Of a DNA stretch of 57,785 bases, positions 52,023 to 57,785 are shown one piece after another. The notes beneath the pieces were generated by a model, which saw nothing but the letters and a program-made list of their open reading frames with translations, searched no databases and was not told where the DNA came from. The stretch covers positions 1 to 57,785 of the IMG/VR virus record IMGVR_UViG_3300037339_000276; one strand, given 5' to 3'. Numbering within the stretch: the first letter of the stretch is position 1; the number at the start of each line of letters is the position of its first letter. This stretch comes from a virus (taxonomy: Duplodnaviria; Caudoviricetes). Both the position numbers and the translations under genes were made by a program.

Positions 52023-54433
52023 CCGTAGGTAGAAGTGGATTAGCTACCTCATCTCTGGGCGCTGTAGGTGGTGCCAGGGGTACTGCTGCTGGCGGTTTGC
52101 GGATTCTTATAGAGTTCTTAACTAAGTATGATGCTTCTGCTGTTAAAGAACTTGAAGCAGACCTAAAAAGTCTCTCATCCTTAGAACAGCAAGCTGCTAA
52201 TAAGCAAATCTCATCATCACGTGCTGTTGAAACGGCTAATAAAAGAGCTGAAGCATTAGAAAAACAGCGTTTAAAACTAATCGCTACGTTGACCGCTGGA
52301 ACCAAGGGCGGTTCTGCAGCTACTAATCGTACTTTACGAGATATCAAAGATCAGGGCGTATTAACTAAAGCTGGTCAAGCTCAACTAAAAGCTCTAGACT
52401 TACAGATAGGTGCTAGAGGAAAGCTTGTCAAGTTAGTTACCGCTGAAGCACAACTTCAGCGTGGACTTCCGGGATTAACAGCTAAACTTACAAAAGCAGA
52501 ACAACTGAGACTAGCTCTGGCTGAACAAAGATTAGGGGTTGAGAGAGAATTAAGCTTCTTTCAGAACTTAAAAGGCTCAGTTCTTCCGAGACTGGGCGGT
52601 CTTCTTACTGGCGTCGTCGGTGGAGTATTCGGCGGCGCCCTGATTGGTGTTGGCTTCGCAGCTGCACAAGCACTTCTTGATAATATAGAACAGGGTCTCC
52701 TTGATGTCTTTGATCCAGCTCGTCATGCTCGTGAGGCCATTGATGAACTGGGATCTGCCATCAATACCTTGGCAGAATCTGAAAAGAATGCTGGTGATAG
52801 GCAGAAAGCTACCATAGAGTGGCTGAAATCAATTGGTATTTCTGCTGACAAATCAACTGTGGCACTACTTGCTCAAGCTGCTGCAGATAAGACGGCTAAT
52901 GATTCACTTGAAGAGAGGAAGAAAGTACTTGAGATTGTTGCACACCAGGAAGAATTGCACACTAAGGCTGTTGAAGAGTATAACAAACAAGTAGCTAAAG
53001 AGTTGGGTTTAAATATAGCTTTAGATGCCACTAGGAAAGCTAGAGGCCTACCAACGGTAGAAACTCAGGTAGCTACTGAAGCCCAGCTGAGATTTAATGA
53101 GGCTGTAGGAGCTTCTGCGTCTGTCATGGCTGAAGCGGCTTGGCAAGCTTCTATATTAGCTGCTAATGAAAGACAGTTGGCAGCTGCAGCTCAATTAGCA
53201 GCTTTCGGTCAACAACAATTAGCCGCAGCTATTCAAAGAGGAGCTGCTACTCAATCGGCTCCTATCCAGTCTCAGCTTGAGAGTCTTGGTAATGCTGGAC
53301 CCAGTGCTAAAACTCTAGCATTACAGAAGCAAATTGATAAGCTGTCCGGTGGCGGCGGTGGAAATAAAGCTGCTTTGGCTAATCTAGCTCAAGAGCGAGC
53401 CCTCATTCTACTTAGAATGAAGCTGCGGCTTATGGGTACTGCTATTAACTTAGAGAAGTACGAAGGCAAATTCCTTCTTGAAGCTATTAAAGCTAAGATA
53501 GACGCCTTGAACAAAGAAGCTGCTGCTCAAGATCGTATTAACCGTCTTATGGATCTTCAGTACCGTGCTTCTCAGGTCTTGCGTCGTAATGAAGGCGAGA
53601 CTATTAGTGACTTCCTCGAGCGTCGAGCACAAGAGAATAGAAGTATTCTCCAAGAAACTGCCGATATCGAACGTGAAGCACAGATGGAAAGCCTCAATGA
53701 GTTACAGGCTGTTACTGCTGATAAGGTAGCACTTGCTGAGAATGCCGAGCAGAGAAGGACGGCAGCAGCCCAAGCTGGAATGAATGCTAGGCTGAAGATG
53801 TTACAGAAGGAATTAGCGGCTTCTCAGAAACATGACGCTGAAGTTACTAAGGCTAAGCAGCTAGCCCTTCAGCAGCAATTAGCTGCCATCGCTGAGAATG
53901 CAAGAGTAGCTGAGAAGTACTCAGATAAGTTAACTACTGAACAGATAGACAATGCCATCGGGGCTGCTACTACCATTACCCAGCTTCAGCAGCTTTCCGG
54001 TGAGATTACTGGGCTTACCGCAGCGAAGGGATTCTTAAAAGGATTACTTGCTTCTGGTGCCCTAAGTGCTTCTGAGATAAAGAATATAGAGGCCGCCATT
54101 GCTAGGATTTCTTCTTCACTTAGCCAATACAATGTTAAGCTTAGAGACATAAAGTACGGCTCTACTGTTGGTCCTTGGACTTCTGGGTATGCCAAGGGCG
54201 GATTGATTCCACTTAATAATGCTTCTTCACCATTTGGATCTAATGTTAGGTTTGGTGAAGAAGGAACAGAGTACGGATTAGTCCTTCAGCATTCAATTGC
54301 TAAAACTCTTAGAGGTCAGGGAAGAGTGGGACAGGTAGGTCCTTTCTACATGAATAGAACCGATGATTGGCTTAAAGATAAGTATGCCATCAAGAATACT
54401 GTAGTAGAAGCTCTTGGTGAGGCACTTAGATGA
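52019..54433 (+). CDS. Tape measure protein
   Basis: 804 aa, Ala/Leu/Gln-rich helical, hydrophobic Gly-rich segment, YAKGG...GEEGTE near the C-terminus. Confidence 0.85.
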   Translation: MTVGRSGLATSSLGAVGGARGTAAGGLRILIEFLTKYDASAVKELEADLKSLSSLEQQAANKQISSSRAVETANKRAEALEKQRLKLIATLTAGTKGGSAATNRTLRDIKDQGVLTKAGQAQLKALDLQIGARGKLVKLVTAEAQLQRGLPGLTAKLTKAEQLRLALAEQRLGVERELSFFQNLKGSVLPRLGGLLTGVVGGVFGGALIGVGFAAAQALLDNIEQGLLDVFDPARHAREAIDELGSAINTLAESEKNAGDRQKATIEWLKSIGISADKSTVALLAQAAADKTANDSLEERKKVLEIVAHQEELHTKAVEEYNKQVAKELGLNIALDATRKARGLPTVETQVATEAQLRFNEAVGASASVMAEAAWQASILAANERQLAAAAQLAAFGQQQLAAAIQRGAATQSAPIQSQLESLGNAGPSAKTLALQKQIDKLSGGGGGNKAALANLAQERALILLRMKLRLMGTAINLEKYEGKFLLEAIKAKIDALNKEAAAQDRINRLMDLQYRASQVLRRNEGETISDFLERRAQENRSILQETADIEREAQMESLNELQAVTADKVALAENAEQRRTAAAQAGMNARLKMLQKELAASQKHDAEVTKAKQLALQQQLAAIAENARVAEKYSDKLTTEQIDNAIGAATTITQLQQLSGEITGLTAAKGFLKGLLASGALSASEIKNIEAAIARISSSLSQYNVKLRDIKYGSTVGPWTSGYAKGGLIPLNNASSPFGSNVRFGEEGTEYGLVLQHSIAKTLRGQGRVGQVGPFYMNRTDDWLKDKYAIKNTVVEALGEALR

Positions 54434-54873
54434 GTTTCAATACCATCATACTCTCACACGCAACTTATCTCGGTCCATCTGGTGCCACAGCTGCGGCTAC
54501 TGGCATATTCTTCACTAGTGATTATGAGCCGCCTTCCCAGGAAAGAGCTATTGACAAGGATGTAGTAATCAATTCTAATGGAAAGTTCAAGTACGTTTAT
54601 GATAATGGGCCTGGATTTAGAAGGTGGAGCCCATTCAAAATACACTGTGAAGAAGCATTCAAGAATGCCAATGGTGGATTGACAGCAGCTCAACAATACT
54701 CTAAACTATTAGAGATGTGGGAGCACCCAGGAAATCTTCTTATGAAATCTCCAGATGGAACTTACCCAGTTCATTGGAGTGATTCAGTTGAGAGGTCCTT
54801 CAGGGTTTTTCCTAAGCAACTGAGTGATCTTCTTGAATACGTGGTAGTAGTCCAGTTTGAGGAAAGTCAATGA
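54430..54873 (+). CDS. Putative distal tail protein
   Basis: Directly after the tape measure gene; ends VQFEE. Confidence 0.55.
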   Translation: MSFNTIILSHATYLGPSGATAAATGIFFTSDYEPPSQERAIDKDVVINSNGKFKYVYDNGPGFRRWSPFKIHCEEAFKNANGGLTAAQQYSKLLEMWEHPGNLLMKSPDGTYPVHWSDSVERSFRVFPKQLSDLLEYVVVVQFEESQ

Positions 54874-55784
54874 CAGGGCAAGCTAACTTTCCTACCGCAT
54901 TAGACGATAATAGCTCACTCTATGATGTACTAGATAATGTCACGGCGGTAGTTGCGGCACATCATAACAACCCAAAAGAAGCTATAAAAGCAATAGAAGC
55001 CAAGATAGGTGTTCATCATACTACCATAGACACCTCATTAGATTTCAGGCTTGGTAGTGCTACTGGCAGTCATAGACATGATGGTGCTTCTGGTCAAGGC
55101 TTAGCTATAGCACCAAGTACTCTTCTAGTTCCTTCTGGCGGATTTCCCAGCGGCCTCAGTGTTCATGATCATCTTATGGATGCCGGGCTACATAATCCTA
55201 CAGCTCTTGGGGCTACTGGGGCTGCTTCGGCCATAGGCGGAAACGTAATTAGGGTTCCTAGTCAAGCAATACAACTAGGAACTGGTATAGCTTCTGTGAT
55301 AAGCCAATCAGAAGCTACAGTACTTTTATTCGCACCAAGCACACCTATTTTCAGGGCAACTGGCATCGCCTCTGTGGTAAGTCAATCACAGGCAACAGTC
55401 CTATTTTCTGTTCCTACTCAGGTTCCACGATACATAATGAGTATGGGGATGGTTGGGTCGGCCATTGTAGGCTCTAACGTTTGTCAACCGTTGGTCATTG
55501 GAAGAACACTACAATTAGAGTCTGTTCAAGGGGCTTTGAGAAAGGGTCCATCTGGAGCTACATCAGCTTTCGATGTACTAGTTGGTCCTACTTCTATTTA
55601 TGAAGCCTCACAGGGGTATAGGCCAATCTTTCCAGCTGGTGCTACAGCCTACAGAAGTGCTGCTGCTGCAACACCTAACCTGATTACATATCCATCAGGA
55701 GCAGTGATAACGCTAGACACAGATGCCGTAGGCTCTAATGATCCAGGACAGGATCTTCGAATAACTTTCATATTTAGAGAGTGA
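54870..55784 (+). CDS. Minor tail / fibre-like protein
   Basis: NFPTALD...AIEAKIG N-terminus; internal duplication TGIASV.SQS.ATVL; beta-rich C-terminus. Confidence 0.6.
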   Translation: MTGQANFPTALDDNSSLYDVLDNVTAVVAAHHNNPKEAIKAIEAKIGVHHTTIDTSLDFRLGSATGSHRHDGASGQGLAIAPSTLLVPSGGFPSGLSVHDHLMDAGLHNPTALGATGAASAIGGNVIRVPSQAIQLGTGIASVISQSEATVLLFAPSTPIFRATGIASVVSQSQATVLFSVPTQVPRYIMSMGMVGSAIVGSNVCQPLVIGRTLQLESVQGALRKGPSGATSAFDVLVGPTSIYEASQGYRPIFPAGATAYRSAAAATPNLITYPSGAVITLDTDAVGSNDPGQDLRITFIFRE

Positions 55785-55789
55785 TATAG

Positions 55790-57785
55790 ATGGCTAGCAT
55801 AATGGTCTATGGTGCTGGCGGTATCTATAATGATGGGTCAGTCTACGGAAGAATTGATCCGGCTCTAGCTGCCGCTCAAGCACTAACAATGCGAGAGACA
55901 GATCTGCGTGTAAAAGTTTATGATGATCACTTAAATGATTATATTGCAATAAGTGGGTTTTTATCTGTAACTATAGGTAGAGGCGGAGTACTTCACCAGC
56001 CTACAGTATATTCTACAGACCAAGCATATAGTGAATACAGGTTAACTTATGATGCGTGTGCTTTAGCTAACGGTCATATAGTAAGAGTTAGAAATGGTAA
56101 TGGAACGGTAGGTGACCGCAATATCTATATCCAAGATATTTCTGATCCTACTGATTCATTTCAGTGGATAAACTGGACTTTACTTTACAGCGGTACTTTC
56201 TATGCTGTGGCAATTATTCCAGCTTCAGCTAGTACTTATCATGTCTATTCGGCGAGTGCTACTGGTATTAGAAAGAATAATGTAGCAAAACAGTCTCTAA
56301 CAGGGATTGTTTCTATAGCACCAGTAAGAGGAGCTATAGATGCTATGTTTGTCACTCGTGTATTTGCAGATTCACTTGACGGCAAACGAGTGATGGATGT
56401 AGCTTACAGTAGCAATATAGAAACTACTGCATTCTCTGACGATGAATTTAATTATAGATGGCTTAGAACAGAAATCAATGCCATCTTAATGCCAGATGGT
56501 AGAGTAGCTAGAATACAAACTGCGGGATGGGGTACAGATCCAAGAAGTACTAATCTTGCTGAGTCTCTTACTATTGCCTTTAATCCGTCATTAACTAACC
56601 TCCGACCAGTAGATCCACCAAGGCTTATTAGAGGTTTTGCTGGTCAAGCCGGATCTAATGCCATAGTTCATCCGTACCTTACTAGGCTGTCTGATGGATT
56701 TTATTACCTATTCTATGGAGAGTCAAGGTTTGATGCTGACAAAGATGTAGCCATTAGTGTAGCTACTTTGTTTTGGCAGAGGTCCAAAGACTTAATCTAT
56801 TGGACTGAGCCTGTAGCAGTTGGCTTTGACAACATGACTCCCACCGGCCATGCAGTCGTAGAAACTGGTGGCAGGGTTTATATCACCAACAATGGTAAGG
56901 GATGGTCTAGAGCTGTAGCTACTACTGAATATGATATTAGTAACTATATTCCAGAGCTTTCTATGAGTATACCTAAGACACTCGAAGAGGGCTCTGCTAG
57001 CTTCACTGTGGCTAATCCCAATGGAATTAATGATTACCTGGAAGATTTATCAGATCATAGAATGACCATAGAAGTAGGTCTTAGGTCTGGTGATGGCACT
57101 TGGAATTATGAACAGTTTAATGACTGGTGGTTGCATCGTGCTAAGAAAGAAATGCAAGCACAGGTAAACCGTTTGACCGTAACAGCCTATGATATTACTA
57201 AAAGATTGAATAATCCGCTGAGGGATGTATTTAACTTCACGGGTAGAACATATTGGCATGATTGGGCAATTGGTAAAAGAAATAAACTATTCAATTACTA
57301 CATTCGCGGCGGTAAATCATCAATGTATAAGTCTAGTTCTACTAGCTTATACCTAAAAGTTACTAGAATTAACCGAACTTATCTTTGCTTATACACCGGA
57401 TGGAAAGGTCACAACGCAGACTTTAGTGTTAGGTTCCGTGGCGGGAAATTTATTTCAGGTGAAAAGTTTGGCTTAATCTACCGGTATAAGGATGGTAAGA
57501 ACTACTACTGGGCCCATATTGATGGACAAACCCTCAGACTTCAAAGGCGCAGAAATAATGTAGCTGTTAATTTAGCAAGTTATAGTATTGGCAGTTATCT
57601 AAATAATCCAACTATTTCTGTATCTGTTAGATTTGGGTTTCATTTCATCTCTATCAATGGAGTTCTTAGAATCACCCATAATGAAACTGTTCAAAGTGTT
57701 AATCCCGGATATATTGGAATAAGGTACTACAGAGCTACTAAGACCGGAGACTTCGGTGCCGATAACTTCTCTATGCTTTCATGGG
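55790..57785 (+). CDS. Large minor tail / tail-tip protein, 5' part (runs off the end and continues into 2-808; about 877 aa in total)
   Basis: ATG at 55790 (MASIMVYGAGG...); absent from the ORF track, consistent with no stop before the window end; frame matches ORF 158-808 across the overlap; lies after the tape measure and distal tail genes. Confidence 0.75.
   Translation, partial: MASIMVYGAGGIYNDGSVYGRIDPALAAAQALTMRETDLRVKVYDDHLNDYIAISGFLSVTIGRGGVLHQPTVYSTDQAYSEYRLTYDACALANGHIVRVRNGNGTVGDRNIYIQDISDPTDSFQWINWTLLYSGTFYAVAIIPASASTYHVYSASATGIRKNNVAKQSLTGIVSIAPVRGAIDAMFVTRVFADSLDGKRVMDVAYSSNIETTAFSDDEFNYRWLRTEINAILMPDGRVARIQTAGWGTDPRSTNLAESLTIAFNPSLTNLRPVDPPRLIRGFAGQAGSNAIVHPYLTRLSDGFYYLFYGESRFDADKDVAISVATLFWQRSKDLIYWTEPVAVGFDNMTPTGHAVVETGGRVYITNNGKGWSRAVATTEYDISNYIPELSMSIPKTLEEGSASFTVANPNGINDYLEDLSDHRMTIEVGLRSGDGTWNYEQFNDWWLHRAKKEMQAQVNRLTVTAYDITKRLNNPLRDVFNFTGRTYWHDWAIGKRNKLFNYYIRGGKSSMYKSSSTSLYLKVTRINRTYLCLYTGWKGHNADFSVRFRGGKFISGEKFGLIYRYKDGKNYYWAHIDGQTLRLQRRRNNVAVNLASYSIGSYLNNPTISVSVRFGFHFISINGVLRITHNETVQSVNPGYIGIRYYRATKTGDFGADNFSMLSW
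57616..57785 (+). repeat. Terminal direct repeat / assembly overlap, copy 2
   Basis: ttctgtatctgttagatttggg...ctttcatggg repeats bases 1-170. Confidence 0.95.

Larger units (their letters stand above)
1..57785. mobile_element. Near-complete tailed dsDNA bacteriophage genome (siphovirus-like, probably lytic), circular length about 57,615 bp
   Basis: Terminase, portal, protease, capsid, tail tube, chaperone, tape measure, lysis and replication modules in phage order; terminal 170-bp overlap; no integrase seen. Confidence 0.95.

Noticed and set aside
55790-57785. Non-coding gap or stop-codon recoding at the window end
   Set aside because: Explained by an ORF running off the end; genes elsewhere are full length under the standard code and use all three stops

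Overview
The window is essentially one complete, circularly permuted genome (about 57.6 kb) of a tailed dsDNA phage with a siphovirus-like gene order. Bases 1-170 repeat 57616-57785 with 4 mismatches, and a large tail gene reads in frame across that junction. No integrase or spanin was recognised, which suggests a lytic phage of a monoderm host. Two tRNAs for the AT-rich codons ATA and TTA, plus GC-rich imported patches, suggest the host is high-GC (Actinomycetota or Chloroflexota; inference). Modules: tail tip and lysis (1-3.9 kb, +); replication, recombination and nucleotide modification (4.0-15.6 kb, -), including a UDG-PolA fusion, dCMP deaminase, two thymidylate-synthase-fold paralogs, a dCTPase/dUTPase-like enzyme, a dNMP kinase and an SNF2 helicase; primase-helicase and many small early genes including a full RuvB homolog (15.9-29.6 kb, +); a mostly non-coding repeat/hairpin region with a GC-rich two-gene island (29.7-31.7 kb); and packaging, head and tail genes (31.7-57.8 kb, +). 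The best candidates for undescribed systems are (1) a four-domain GT2-TPR-methyltransferase-GT4 enzyme placed between the major capsid gene and a 1349-aa Ser/Thr-rich repeat fibre, suggesting virion glycosylation, and (2) a T4-like cytosine-replacement pathway using two Asp-type TS paralogs. All calls come from motif recognition by eye; no database searches were run.
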